This document shows, one piece after another, positions 10,118-20,332 of a stretch of 43,953 nt of DNA. Source of the DNA: an uncultured Campylobacter sp. (GTDB taxonomy: Bacteria > Campylobacterota > Campylobacteria > Campylobacterales > Campylobacteraceae); the NCBI GenBank assembly GCA_963518485.1, contig CAUQJW010000001.1, forward strand, positions 1 to 43,953, in the 5' to 3' direction. The notes beneath the pieces are model-generated. The model had not been told where the DNA came from, did no database searches, and saw only the letters and a list, made by a program, of their open reading frames with translations. The translations under genes were made by a program, and so were the position numbers. The stretch's first letter is position 1. Each line of letters begins with the position of its first letter.

Positions 10118-10915
10118 TCAATCTAACTTATTTATATCTAAAATCCTGCGCCTAAAAAGGTCAAAATTCGCGTCGAGTTCGCTTTTGCGGTTTATAGAAA
10201 TTTCTATAAATTCCCGCTCTTTTTCGATGCCGATGAATTTTCTCCCGAGTAAATTCGCCGCGATACCCGTCGTCGAAGAGCCGGCAAATGGATCGCAAAT
10301 CACGCTATTTTCGTTGCTCGCCATCAATATAAGCCTTATCAAAAGAGAAAGTGGCTTTTGTGTAGGGTGCTTACCGCAAGCCTTTTCCCACGGCGCTATC
10401 GCAGGAAAGCTCCAAACGTCTTTCATTTGCTTATCGTCGTTTAGCTTTTTCATCAGTTCGTAGTTGAAAATATGCTTAAATTTCTCGCTTTTTCTTGCCC
10501 AGATTATTTGCTCGGTGCTATGCGTGAGGTATCGGCAGCTGAAATTCGGCGGCGGGTTGGTCTTTTGCCAAGTGATGATGTTTAAAATTTTATAGTCTAA
10601 CTTTTGCAAAGCGCGCCCGATCGAAAAAATATTGTGATACGTTCCGCTTATCATTACGCTACCGTTGTCCGTGAGCGTATCTTTGGCAAGAGCGAGCCAT
10701 TTAATATTAAATTTATCTATCTCGTCAATACCGCAACCCTTATCCCAATCGCCTTTATTTACGCTTACTATTTTTCCGCTTTGGATGCTAAGCCCGTCGT
10801 TTGAGAGAAAATACGGCGGATCGGCAAAAATGAGGTCAAACTCTCCCTTAAATTTAGGCAAAATTTCAAAACAATCGCCTTTAAAAAGCTTAAAATCATC
10901 GGATAGCTTAAACAT
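10118..10915 (-). CDS. Beta-class N6-adenine/N4-cytosine DNA methyltransferase, DpnA-like (likely GATC)
   Basis: FADPPY (motif IV) N-terminal; HPTQKP and DPFAGSSTTG (motif I) C-terminal; SVNKGDWD and WQKTNPPPN typical of DpnA; overlaps the REase stop. Confidence 0.9.
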   Translation of the reverse strand: MFKLSDDFKLFKGDCFEILPKFKGEFDLIFADPPYFLSNDGLSIQSGKIVSVNKGDWDKGCGIDEIDKFNIKWLALAKDTLTDNGSVMISGTYHNIFSIGRALQKLDYKILNIITWQKTNPPPNFSCRYLTHSTEQIIWARKSEKFKHIFNYELMKKLNDDKQMKDVWSFPAIAPWEKACGKHPTQKPLSLLIRLILMASNENSVICDPFAGSSTTGIAANLLGRKFIGIEKEREFIEISINRKSELDANFDLFRRRILDINKLD

Positions 10916-11729
10916 TTTTAAGCTCTTTTACGAAATAATGAAGCGTGGCAAGATTATAAATTTTAACGCTTTTGTAGGCCTCTTCAATCTTGTTTTTAGC
11001 GGCACGCCAGCCCTGTCCGTCCGTTATCCAGACAAATTTATATCCGCTGCAAAGCGAGATTTTTTGCGCTATTTCGATGTAAGATCTTGCGACTTCATTT
11101 AGCTTCGAGCCGCCCGTGCTGTAAAAATTCGCCTCTATCAGATATGTTACGCCGCCCGCGGCTATAACGAAATCAAAAATCTTTTGATCGCTTCCTAAAT
11201 TTAGAGCGAATTTTTTGCTACTAACTTCGGTTTGAAAGCCGATATTTTCACTCTTTTTAAGCAAAATAAAGAGTGCTTTGATACGCTAAATTTGCTCATT
11301 GCCGTTCGCGATAAAAACACGGACGCAGTCGCGGCAAGCGGCGAACTAACGAGGCTGAAAGCGTATTTTGAAAGTCCAGAAAAAATTTATGAGTTTTGCA
11401 AAGAAACGGGACTGGATAAAATTTTTATGGATGCAAAGATAAAAAATTTACACGATTACGTGTTTGGCGTGGAAGTCGGACTCGATACGAATGCGCGGAA
11501 AAATCGCGGGGGCGTAAATTTCTCGCAGACGGTTTCAGAGTATTTTAAGAGTGAAAATATCGGTTTTCAAATCTTTTGAACCGAGTAAAAAATCAAGCGT
11601 ATGAAGCTTGATAGAAACGGCTTTTAGATTTTCGCCGCATTTGTCAAAGTCGGTAAAGTAGCTAAGGCTCGCGTTCGTCTTTCTAAGCGAGCGTAAGAAA
11701 TCGCTAAAATTCGTTAAATTCGGTTCCAT
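10908..11729 (-). CDS. DpnII/MboI-family type II restriction endonuclease, interrupted here by an internal inversion (273 aa when re-inverted)
   Basis: N-part on minus (11535-11729), middle on plus (11232-11579, with FGVEVGLDTNARKNRGG), C-part on minus (10908-11264, with FDF..IEANFY..GGSKLNEVARSY..FVWITDGQGW); N- and C-parts share one frame; span 822 bp. Confidence 0.9.
11231..11255 (+). repeat. Left inverted repeat of invertible segment
   Basis: TTTGAAAGCCGATATTTTCACTCTT; reverse complement matches 11547-11571 at 24/25. Confidence 0.97.
11547..11571 (-). repeat. Right inverted repeat of invertible segment
   Basis: Plus strand AAGAGTGAAAATATCGGTTTTCAAA; single mismatch with the left repeat (11238 vs 11564). 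Confidence 0.97.
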
Positions 11730-11736
11730 AAAATCC

Positions 11737-11928
11737 CTATAATTTAGTTTTCGGCTCGTCCGCGATCGTCGTTTTAAAGTCTGTACAAACAAAGTCCTCC
11801 GCACTCAAAACGATCTCGCTGTTTTCGTAAGCCGCCCGGGCGATCTTACACGCTTCTTCTTTATTTTTCGCTTTAATAACGACTCTTCTCGCCGAGGTTT
11901 CGACGATCTCTACTTCAAATTCTTTCAT
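11737..11928 (-). CDS. DpnD/PcfM-like small protein
   Basis: FEVEIVET..R.V.IKA...EEA......Y.NSEIVLSAEDF matches the DpnD/PcfM family pattern as recalled; TAATG overlap with the upstream gene. Confidence 0.75.
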   Translation of the reverse strand: MKEFEVEIVETSARRVVIKAKNKEEACKIARAAYENSEIVLSAEDFVCTDFKTTIADEPKTKL

Positions 11929-12638
11929 TAAATTCCCATAGGAATTTTACCGATTTCGCTCTCTTTTTCGTACTGCTTTACGATATCTTCATAGCAAGCA
12001 AACTTTACCTTTTTGCTTATACTTTCATAAATACTATCTTTTAAAACGCCGTCAAATTGCTTTTTTCTTTGCAAATCGGCTACTATAAACATTTTGGCGT
12101 TAAAGTCTTGAAGTTCGTAAAATTTATTTAGAGAGTTTTTAAAGTCGGTACTGTGTTCTACCTCATAAAACGCATCGGGCAAATTTCTGCGATTAAACCA
12201 TATTGCATCGACGTTTTTTGCTTTATTTACGATGTTTTCATAGCTGAAGTTATAAATTTCTTTTAAAGTCGTTAATTCGGTTAATTTTTTATTAAGATAA
12301 AGCTTGTTTTTATCTTGCACCGGTACATATGTCTGAAAATTCCTTAGATTCCCAATCTCTACGATAATACCTTGATAATATGCGTGAGTAAAACTCGGAT
12401 TTATTCCGCTTTTACCATCGCCGGTTTTGGCCGTATTTTGCGCCTCAAAATCCTTAAGCCCCCAAAGCCCAGATCTAATTTTATAAAATTCTTTATTAGT
12501 TTGCACTATACCTCTTATACTAGCAAACGGAGTTTTCGTCCCCCATTTGCTAGTATCGGTCTTAGCGTAAAGTTGCGAGAAAGTAGCCATACCGCCGAGA
12601 TTAGCTAAAGCCTCTATAACGCATTGCTTTTGCGTCAT
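11928..12638 (-). CDS. N-terminal winged-HTH (HARE-HTH-like) + PD-(D/E)xK-type nuclease, putative restriction enzyme
   Basis: N-terminal EAL..LGG.A....LY...KTP.ASIR....GLWGL; C-terminal VDAIW...[10 protein letters not shown]-richer than flanks; ATGA overlap with carB. Confidence 0.65.
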   Translation of the reverse strand: MTQKQCVIEALANLGGMATFSQLYAKTDTSKWGTKTPFASIRGIVQTNKEFYKIRSGLWGLKDFEAQNTAKTGDGKSGINPSFTHAYYQGIIVEIGNLRNFQTYVPVQDKNKLYLNKKLTELTTLKEIYNFSYENIVNKAKNVDAIWFNRRNLPDAFYEVEHSTDFKNSLNKFYELQDFNAKMFIVADLQRKKQFDGVLKDSIYESISKKVKFACYEDIVKQYEKESEIGKIPMGI

Positions 12639-15600
12639 CCAAGATACTCCTGCAAGCTTTTTACTTCCAGCGCGCTGCCGTCTTGTACGCTTTTTAGCGA
12701 TTTAGCCGCCGCTAGAGCCGCCGACATCGTCGTGAAATACGGGATCTTAAACCGCATGATGTTTTGTCTAATTTTCTTGCCGTCCTCGCTGTTTGACTTG
12801 CTATCGCTGGTGTTGATGACAAGCGCGATATCACCGTTTTTGAGCTTGTCCTCGACGTTTGGTCGACCTTCGCTGATCTTATAGACAAACTCGCTCTCTA
12901 CGCCCGCTTCATTTAAAATTTTATACGTTCCGCCCGTGGCGATGATTTTAAAGCCGAGACTTATTAGCTCGCGCGCCAAATTTGCGGCGTATTTTTTGTC
13001 TGCGTCGGCAAGAGTCAAAAAGACTAATCCGCTTGTCGGCAGCGAGTTGCTCGCGGCGATCTGGCTTTTAGCAAAGCTCTTGGCAAAGCCCTCGGAGATA
13101 CCCATCACCTCGCCCGTACTTTTCATCTCAGGACCTAGGATCAGATCTGCGCCTGATAGCTTGTTAAACGGAAAGACCGCCTCTTTTACGCAGACGTGGT
13201 TTTTCACGCGAGGCTTGAGTATGCCGCGCTCCTCGTAAACTGCGCCGTAGTTGTCGTAAAATTTAAGCGCCTCGCGCAAATCGCCTTGCCACATCACGCG
13301 CGTGGCGACCTTTGCCATAGGCACGCCCGTCGCCTTGCTAACAAACGGTACCGTGCGGCTGGCGCGCGGGTTTACCTCGATCATGAAAAGTTCGTTCTCG
13401 TAGATGGCAAACTGGATATTCATAAGTCCAACGACGCCCAAATTTAGCGCGATGTCACGGGTTTGGTTTTCTACCTTTTCGATCATCTGCGCGGTCAAAT
13501 TTAACGGAGGCAGTATGCACGCGCTGTCGCCGCTGTGGATGCCCGCCTCCTCGATGTGCTGCATCACGGCGCCGATATAGACATCCTTGCCGTCGCTGAT
13601 CGCGTCTACGTCGAGCTCTACGGCGTCTTGTAAAAATTTATCGATTAGTACGGGCGAGTGGTTGCTGACCTTGACCGCCTCGCTCATATATAGGCGTAGT
13701 TCCTCGTCGCTGTGCACGCGTCTCATCGCGCGCCCGCCTAGCACGTAGCTAGGGCGCACGAGTACCGGATAGCCGATAGCGGAGGCCTTTTCTAGCGCCT
13801 CTTTTTCGCTTGTCGCAGTGTCGTTTCGCGGCTGTTTGACGCCTATTTTAGAGATAAATTCGCTAAATTTTTTGCGGTCCTCGGCGACGTCGATCGTGCG
13901 CGCGCTGGTGCCGATGATTTTCGCGCCGGCTATGCTTAGGCGTTTAGCGAATTTTAGCGGAGTCTGGCCGCCGAAATGCACGATCACGCCGTCTGGGTTC
14001 TCGTGCTCGATCACGGCTCTAACGTGCTCAAAATCAATCGGCTCAAAGTACAAAATATCGCTCGTATCGTAGTCGGTGCTGACGGTTTCTGGGTTGCAGT
14101 TGTACATTATGGTTTTGACGCCCATGTCGCGCAGCGCGTAGCTAGCGTGCACGCAACAGTAGTCAAACTCGATGCCTTGGCCTATGCGGTTTGGCCCGCC
14201 GCCGATGATCATCACTTTTTTCTCTTTTTGCGCCGAATTTGAGTTCAAATTTGACTCCGCAAAATTTGACGAAAGATGCGGTAGCTTGGTGATATTCGTC
14301 GTCGAGTAAAGATACGGCGTGAGCGCCTTAAACTCGCCCGCACAAGTATCTACTTCGTTGTATTCGAGGTTTATGCCCATTTTCTCGCGCGCGAAATATA
14401 TATCGTTTTGACCCAGGTCGAGATTGTCTTTTAAATTTATCAGATGCGCGATCATCTTGTCCGAAAAGCCCATCGTTTTGACCTCTCTTAGCAGCGGCTC
14501 GTCGTTTAGGATATCCATATCGATGCGCTCTTCAAATTTAACTATCTGCCAAATTTGATCCAAAAACCACGGATCGATCTTGCTCATCTCGTGCACCTCA
14601 GCCACGCTAAGCCCGTCTCGAAACGCCTGCGCGACATATAAAATGCGGCTTTCGTTCGCGTTTCTAAGCCCGTAAACAAGCGCGTTTTTCTCCAAATTTA
14701 CGAAGTTAAATCCGTAATAGTCCTTTTCCATAGAGCAAAGCGCCTTTTGGATACTTTCCTTAAACGTCCTACCGATCGCCATCACCTCGCCCACGCTCTT
14801 CATCGCGGTGCCTAGATACGGGTTCGCGCCCGGGAATTTCTCAAACGTAAAGCGCGGGATCTTGGTCACGATGTAGTCGATGACCGGCTCAAAGCTAGCA
14901 GGCGTGCCCGTGATATCGTTTTTGATCTCATCTAGACTAAAGCCCACGGCTAGTAGCGTCGCGACCTTGGCGATCGGGTAGCCCGTGGCCTTTGACGCCA
15001 GCGCCGAGCTGCGGCTCACGCGCGGGTTCATCTCGATCACGATCATACGGCCGGTTTTTGGATTTATAGCAAACTGCACGTTGCTACCGCCCGTATCCAC
15101 GCCGATCTCGCGTAAAATTTTAAAGCTAGCGTCTCGCATCGCCTGATACTCTTTGTCAGTTAGCGTAAGAGCGGGTGCAACCGTGATACTATCGCCCGTA
15201 TGCACGCCCATGGGATCAAAATTTTCGATCGAGCAGACGATGATACAGTTGTCGTTGCGGTCGCGGATGACCTCCATCTCGTACTCTTTCCAGCCTAGCA
15301 AGCTCTCCTCGACCAAAATTTCATGTATCGGGCTGGCGTCCAGGCCGGTTTGGGCTAGTTCTTTAAATTCGTCGATATTATACGCCACGCCGCTACCGGC
15401 GCCGCCAAGCGTATAGCTAGCGCGGATGATGAGCGGAAAGCCTATGTTTGCGGCTGCGGCTAGCGCCTCGTCCATGTCGTAGGCGTACTGGCTTTGCGGC
15501 AAGTCCATATCGATCTTTTGCATCGCCTTTTTAAACTCCTGCCTATCCTCGCCCTTTTTGATCGCTTGCGGGTTCGCACCTAAAAATTTGACGCCGCCGA

Positions 15601-15922
15601 GCATGTCCGCCTCATATAGCTGCATCGCGACGTTTAGCGCGACCTGACCGCCCATCGTAGGCAGTATGGCGTCGACTTTTTCCTTATCTATGATGCGTTT
15701 GATGCTCTCTTTGGTTATCGGTTCGACGTAGGTAGCATCGGCGAAATCGGGATCGGTCATGATGGTGGCCGGGTTTGAGTTAATGAGCACTACGCGGTAG
15801 CCCAGCTGCTTTAGCGTCTTTGCGGCTTGCGTGCCGCTGTAGTCAAATTCGCACGCTTGGCCTATGACGATAGGGCCGCTGCCGATGAGTAAAACGGTGT
15901 TGATGTCGGTTCTTTTTGGCAT
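12635..15922 (-). CDS. carB: Carbamoyl-phosphate synthase large subunit
   Basis: [24 protein letters not shown]; duplicated ATP-grasp domains; MGS domain. Confidence 0.99.
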   Translation of the reverse strand: MPKRTDINTVLLIGSGPIVIGQACEFDYSGTQAAKTLKQLGYRVVLINSNPATIMTDPDFADATYVEPITKESIKRIIDKEKVDAILPTMGGQVALNVAMQLYEADMLGGVKFLGANPQAIKKGEDRQEFKKAMQKIDMDLPQSQYAYDMDEALAAAANIGFPLIIRASYTLGGAGSGVAYNIDEFKELAQTGLDASPIHEILVEESLLGWKEYEMEVIRDRNDNCIIVCSIENFDPMGVHTGDSITVAPALTLTDKEYQAMRDASFKILREIGVDTGGSNVQFAINPKTGRMIVIEMNPRVSRSSALASKATGYPIAKVATLLAVGFSLDEIKNDITGTPASFEPVIDYIVTKIPRFTFEKFPGANPYLGTAMKSVGEVMAIGRTFKESIQKALCSMEKDYYGFNFVNLEKNALVYGLRNANESRILYVAQAFRDGLSVAEVHEMSKIDPWFLDQIWQIVKFEERIDMDILNDEPLLREVKTMGFSDKMIAHLINLKDNLDLGQNDIYFAREKMGINLEYNEVDTCAGEFKALTPYLYSTTNITKLPHLSSNFAESNLNSNSAQKEKKVMIIGGGPNRIGQGIEFDYCCVHASYALRDMGVKTIMYNCNPETVSTDYDTSDILYFEPIDFEHVRAVIEHENPDGVIVHFGGQTPLKFAKRLSIAGAKIIGTSARTIDVAEDRKKFSEFISKIGVKQPRNDTATSEKEALEKASAIGYPVLVRPSYVLGGRAMRRVHSDEELRLYMSEAVKVSNHSPVLIDKFLQDAVELDVDAISDGKDVYIGAVMQHIEEAGIHSGDSACILPPLNLTAQMIEKVENQTRDIALNLGVVGLMNIQFAIYENELFMIEVNPRASRTVPFVSKATGVPMAKVATRVMWQGDLREALKFYDNYGAVYEERGILKPRVKNHVCVKEAVFPFNKLSGADLILGPEMKSTGEVMGISEGFAKSFAKSQIAASNSLPTSGLVFLTLADADKKYAANLARELISLGFKIIATGGTYKILNEAGVESEFVYKISEGRPNVEDKLKNGDIALVINTSDSKSNSEDGKKIRQNIMRFKIPYFTTMSAALAAAKSLKSVQDGSALEVKSLQEYLG

Positions 15923-16677
15923 TATTTTTCCTTTGTTACGACGTATAGATATGAGGGGATGCTAAGCTTCACGTAAGGCTCCACGACGACGCTTTTATAT
16001 AGGCTTTCTTCAAGGACTTCAGAGACTTTCCCGACGCCCACTCCGCCGAAAAATATCCCGTCGAGTCCGCTAGTAAAAACTTCGTCGCCTATTTTCGGAA
16101 ATAACCACTGCGGGATAAATTTTACTACTATTTTATCGTTATCGCCGTGAGCGACGCCCGGAATTTTTTCGCCTCCGATAGAAACGGCGAAAATACTTTT
16201 AGGGTCGCCTTGTAAGAGCGCAAGAGGACGGTCGTTTTTGGTTATTACGATACCGGCGGTTTTGCCTTGATGTATTAGGCCGTAAATTTTAGAGGTATTA
16301 AAATCGCTAAATTTATCTAGCCAGATTTTATTATAATCGCCTATGTCCGAGTAGTTTAAAGCTCTTACCATTTTAACTTCCGGCTCATAGGCGCTAGAGT
16401 TTTTATCGCTCGAAATTTGGTTTATCTCGTGAGCGAACGTGTCAAGTAGCACTGCCGATTTCTCAAGCTCGGTATTTTGCGCTCGCAACCTAGCTATCTC
16501 TTCTTTTTGAAACAAATGTTCGTTTATTTTATCTTTTATAAACCTTTCCGTATCATCGTAAGTCCCGACGATCCAAGCATTTAGGCCTATAAATTTAGCG
16601 CTTATCGACTCGCCTTTTTGAAGCGAGACGAAAGCCAAAAAAGCTATTACTAAGACGAATAAAATTTTACTCTTCAT
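15922..16677 (-). CDS. mreC: Rod shape-determining protein MreC
   Basis: TM helix + coiled coil; [13 protein letters not shown]; follows mreB. Confidence 0.9.
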   Translation of the reverse strand: MKSKILFVLVIAFLAFVSLQKGESISAKFIGLNAWIVGTYDDTERFIKDKINEHLFQKEEIARLRAQNTELEKSAVLLDTFAHEINQISSDKNSSAYEPEVKMVRALNYSDIGDYNKIWLDKFSDFNTSKIYGLIHQGKTAGIVITKNDRPLALLQGDPKSIFAVSIGGEKIPGVAHGDNDKIVVKFIPQWLFPKIGDEVFTSGLDGIFFGGVGVGKVSEVLEESLYKSVVVEPYVKLSIPSYLYVVTKEK

Positions 16678-17704
16678 TTGTTAGCTGCTGAAGAAGCGCG
16701 ATTTCCTCAAGCGCTTTGCCCGTACCGCGCGCTACCGCCATAAGCGGCTCGTCCGATACGAAAACAGGGAGTTTTACGATATCGCTTAGATATTTATCGA
16801 GCCCGCGAATAAGCGCTCCGCCTCCGGTTAGCACGATGCCGTTTTCCACGACGTCGCCCGCAAGATCCGGCGGCATCATCTCAAGGACTGTTTTTAGCGC
16901 GTCGGCGATCTCTTTTAGCGGTTCGCGCATAGCTTCGCGCACGTCTTCGCTAGTCAGTTCTATACGGCTCAAAAGCCCGCTTACTTGATCGCGTCCTTTA
17001 ACCGTTATAGTAAGCTCTTCGGGCAACTGGATAGCCGAACCTACCGAAATTTTAATATCCTCGCCAGCGCGCTCGCCGATTAGCAAGTTATATTTTTCCT
17101 TTACGTAATTAACGATGCTAACGTCAATCTTATCGCCTGCGGTGCGAATGGATTTACTAATGACTAGACCGCCCAAGGATACGACGCCGATCTCGGTCGT
17201 TCCGCCGCCGATATCTACTACTAAATTTCCTTGCGGTTCTTTAACCGGCAAATTAGCTCCGATCGCCGCAGCCATCGGCTCCTCGATCAAAAATACCTCT
17301 CGTGCGCCTGCGCTTAGAGCGCTCTCTCGTACGGCTTTTCGCTCGACTTGAGTTAGTCCGTAAGGCACGGAAATGATGATACGAGGACGTAGAAAGCTCT
17401 TTCTGCGGTGAGTTTTTTCGATGAAATAGCGGATCATCTTTTCCGTCATATCAAAATCCGCGATAACGCCGTCTCTCATCGGACGGATCGCCTCGATATC
17501 GCCCGGAGTTTTACCGACCATCTCTTTAGCGTCGTGTCCGACGGCTAGAATTTTTTGCTTGCCGTATCTTTCGCGCTGAACTGCGACGACGGAAGGCTCG
17601 TTGATTACTATACCTTTATTTTTAACTAAAACCAGCGTATTCGCCGTACCTAAGTCTATACCCATATCGCTTGAAAAAAGTCCGATAATCTGATCTAAAA
17701 TCAT
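16667..17704 (-). CDS. mreB: Rod shape-determining protein MreB
   Basis: GIDLGTANT, VDIGGGTTE, LTGGGAL. Confidence 0.98.
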   Translation of the reverse strand: MILDQIIGLFSSDMGIDLGTANTLVLVKNKGIVINEPSVVAVQRERYGKQKILAVGHDAKEMVGKTPGDIEAIRPMRDGVIADFDMTEKMIRYFIEKTHRRKSFLRPRIIISVPYGLTQVERKAVRESALSAGAREVFLIEEPMAAAIGANLPVKEPQGNLVVDIGGGTTEIGVVSLGGLVISKSIRTAGDKIDVSIVNYVKEKYNLLIGERAGEDIKISVGSAIQLPEELTITVKGRDQVSGLLSRIELTSEDVREAMREPLKEIADALKTVLEMMPPDLAGDVVENGIVLTGGGALIRGLDKYLSDIVKLPVFVSDEPLMAVARGTGKALEEIALLQQLTNEE

Positions 17705-17712
17705 CTATATCC

Positions 17713-18951
17713 TTATGCGCTTATTTTATTATTTTTTACGAAAATCGGCTTTTCTTTGCCGTTTACGACCTCTTTTGTTATCACCACGTCGTAGCCCGCA
17801 AGCTCCGGTAGCTCATACATTATGTCGGTCATCATCTCTTCCATTATGCTTCGCAGTCCCCTAGCTCCCGTTTTTCGCTCGATAGCTAGTCTCGCGACCT
17901 CTTTTAGAGCTTCGTCGTCAAATTTCAAATTTGCCCTATCTATCGCGAAAAGCTTTTGGTACTGCTTTAGTATCGCATTTTTAGGCTCGGTTAAAATTCT
18001 CACCATATCGTCCTGCGTGATTTTATTTAGCGTAGCGACCACGTGAAGTCTGCCGATTAGCTCCGGGATTAGTCCAAAATGCACCAAATCGTCGCTCTCA
18101 AGAGCGTCTAGCAAATTTTCCTTATCGTCTTTTGAGCGTTTATCTTGACCAAAGCCCAGCACGTTTTTGCCGATCCTGCGCTCGATGATATCGGCCAGGC
18201 CGTCAAACGCGCCGCCGCAGACGAAGAGGATATTTGATGTGTCTATCTGGATAAATTCCTGATTAGGGTGCTTTCTACCGCCTTTTGGAGGGATATTTAC
18301 GAGGCTACCCTCTATGATTTTTAAAAGCGCCTGCTGCACGCCCTCGCCGCTCACGTCGCGCGTGATCGAGCGGTTTTCGCTCATTCTGGCGATTTTATCT
18401 ATCTCATCGACGAAAACTATGCCCTGCTCGGCACGCTTTACGTCGCCGTCTGCAGCTTGTAAAAGGCGAGTTAGGATATTTTCCACATCTTCGCCGACGT
18501 AGCCGGCTTCCGTTAGACTCGTGGCGTCGCAGATAGCGATAGGCACGTCTAGAAATTTAGCCAGAGTCTGCGCCATCAGCGTCTTGCCGCTGCCGGTAGG
18601 GCCGACGAGTAAGATATTTGATTTTGAGATCTCCGTATCGTCCTCGATCTCGCCTTTTCTAAAAATCCTTTTGTAGTGGTTATAAACACCGACACTAAAG
18701 ACCTTTTTTGCTTTATCTTGACCGATGACGTAGTTATCTAGTACCGCCTTTAGCTCTTTTGGAGTTAAATTCGTATAGTCTTTGTCGGTTTTGTTTTCAG
18801 GACTTGATTCTTGCAGGCTCGTATCGCCGCAAATCATATTATAAGCGGCATTCACGCAGTATTCGCAGATGAAAGCCTTATTGTCCAAATCCGCAAAAAG
18901 GCGTCTATCGTTTGACTCCGTCTCGCCGCAAAAATTACATTTTCTCGCCAT
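17713..18951 (-). CDS. clpX: ATP-dependent Clp protease ATP-binding subunit ClpX
   Basis: Start at 18951 (MARKCNFCG zinc finger); [27 protein letters not shown]. Confidence 0.98.
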   Translation of the reverse strand: MARKCNFCGETESNDRRLFADLDNKAFICEYCVNAAYNMICGDTSLQESSPENKTDKDYTNLTPKELKAVLDNYVIGQDKAKKVFSVGVYNHYKRIFRKGEIEDDTEISKSNILLVGPTGSGKTLMAQTLAKFLDVPIAICDATSLTEAGYVGEDVENILTRLLQAADGDVKRAEQGIVFVDEIDKIARMSENRSITRDVSGEGVQQALLKIIEGSLVNIPPKGGRKHPNQEFIQIDTSNILFVCGGAFDGLADIIERRIGKNVLGFGQDKRSKDDKENLLDALESDDLVHFGLIPELIGRLHVVATLNKITQDDMVRILTEPKNAILKQYQKLFAIDRANLKFDDEALKEVARLAIERKTGARGLRSIMEEMMTDIMYELPELAGYDVVITKEVVNGKEKPIFVKNNKISA

Positions 18952-19739
18952 TATTCTCTTCCTTTTGCTAACGGGATACCGCGCTTGGTGCTTAATATAA
19001 ATTCGCACATTTTTCGTACCTGTTCGTTCGCTGCGCTCTTTAAAAGTTCGCTGGCCGCAGCCTTTAGATCCCCGCTTTTTCTAAATAAAAATTTATACGC
19101 CCTATTTATCTCTTCGACCGCGTCTTTATCGAACCTTCGCCTGATACCGACTAAATTTAAGCTTCTAATATAGGCTCGGTTGCCTTCAGCCAGGCAAAAC
19201 GGCACGACGTCCTGAGATAGCGCGCTAGCGCCCGCGATCATGCAGCTCTCGCCGACTCTCACGAACTGATGTATCGGCGTCATACCGCCAACGACGCTGT
19301 AGTCGCCTAGCTCCACGTGACCTGCCAGAGTCGCGTTGTTTGCCAGGATGACGTTATTTCCGACGGCACAGTCGTGCGCGACGTGGCAGTAGGCCATGAT
19401 AAACGCGTTATCGCCGATACGCGTGATCCCGTCGCCTTTGTGCGTGCCCGAGTTTATCGTGCAAAACTCGCGGATCGTCGCATTTTTACCGATGCGAACG
19501 CCCGTGTTTTCCTCGGCGCGGTAGCTCACGTCCTGCGGGATATCGCCCACGATAGCGTAGCTGTAAATTTTACCGCCCTCGCCGATATGCGTGTCGCCTA
19601 CGATCCTAGCGCCTTGTTTTACGAGTACGCCGTCGCCTAGCACAGCGTCTTTGCTGACGTAGGCATAGGCCTCGATCGTTACGTCCTCGCCGATCTTCGC
19701 GCCGTCCTCGACGACGGCTTGCGGATGGATATTTCTCAT
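18951..19739 (-). CDS. lpxA: UDP-N-acetylglucosamine O-acyltransferase
   Basis: Hexapeptide repeats; HVAHDC, LAGHV, HQF. Confidence 0.97.
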   Translation of the reverse strand: MRNIHPQAVVEDGAKIGEDVTIEAYAYVSKDAVLGDGVLVKQGARIVGDTHIGEGGKIYSYAIVGDIPQDVSYRAEENTGVRIGKNATIREFCTINSGTHKGDGITRIGDNAFIMAYCHVAHDCAVGNNVILANNATLAGHVELGDYSVVGGMTPIHQFVRVGESCMIAGASALSQDVVPFCLAEGNRAYIRSLNLVGIRRRFDKDAVEEINRAYKFLFRKSGDLKAAASELLKSAANEQVRKMCEFILSTKRGIPLAKGRE

Positions 19740-19749
19740 TTTAGCTCGC

Positions 19750-20196
19750 TTATTTATCTACGATCATAGCTTTTAGCTCGGCTTCGCACGCTAGCGTGCC
19801 GTCCACGTAGACTTCGCCTTTTAGTACCCAGATATTGCCTTTGTGTTTTAACACTTCGAGGCGGTACTCGAGCCTATCGCCCGGGCGTATCGGGTGGCGA
19901 AATTTCGCTCCGTCGATGCTCATAAAATAAACGACTTTATTTTCGATACCCGCTTGATGCTCGTCGCTCATGCTCTTAAAAGCGAGCACGCCGCCGGCCT
20001 GCGCCATACCTTCGATGATCATGACGCCCGGATATATCGGATGACCCGGAAAATGCCCCTGAAACACGGGCTCGCCGATCGTTACGTTTTTATACGCGAC
20101 GATGTGTTTAGCGGGCTCTAGCTCGGTCACTCGGTCGATGAGCAGGAACGGATATCTGTGCGGGAGTATTTTTTGGATTTCAACGATGTCGATCAC
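19750..20196 (-). CDS. fabZ: 3-hydroxyacyl-ACP dehydratase
   Basis: [29 protein letters not shown]. Confidence 0.98.
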   Translation of the reverse strand: MIDIVEIQKILPHRYPFLLIDRVTELEPAKHIVAYKNVTIGEPVFQGHFPGHPIYPGVMIIEGMAQAGGVLAFKSMSDEHQAGIENKVVYFMSIDGAKFRHPIRPGDRLEYRLEVLKHKGNIWVLKGEVYVDGTLACEAELKAMIVDK

Positions 20197-20332
20197 TTTA
20201 AACCTTGTGAGTAAAATTTAAAGCCGATTTTAGCCAAATTTTGCTAAGAAAAAGATTATTGATTTGGCCGGGGCAAAATTTAGCGACTAAATTTCCGCGC
20301 CCGTTTTTTATCTCGAGCGCGTTAAATTTAGC

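Noticed and set aside
11231..11571. MITE or IS remnant with terminal inverted repeats
   Set aside because: The interior is endonuclease coding sequence needed to complete the ORF; no target-site duplication or transposase.
11232..11579. 115-aa plus-strand ORF as an independent gene
   Set aside because: It is the inverted middle of the DpnII-family gene; it begins and ends at the repeats and has no RBS.
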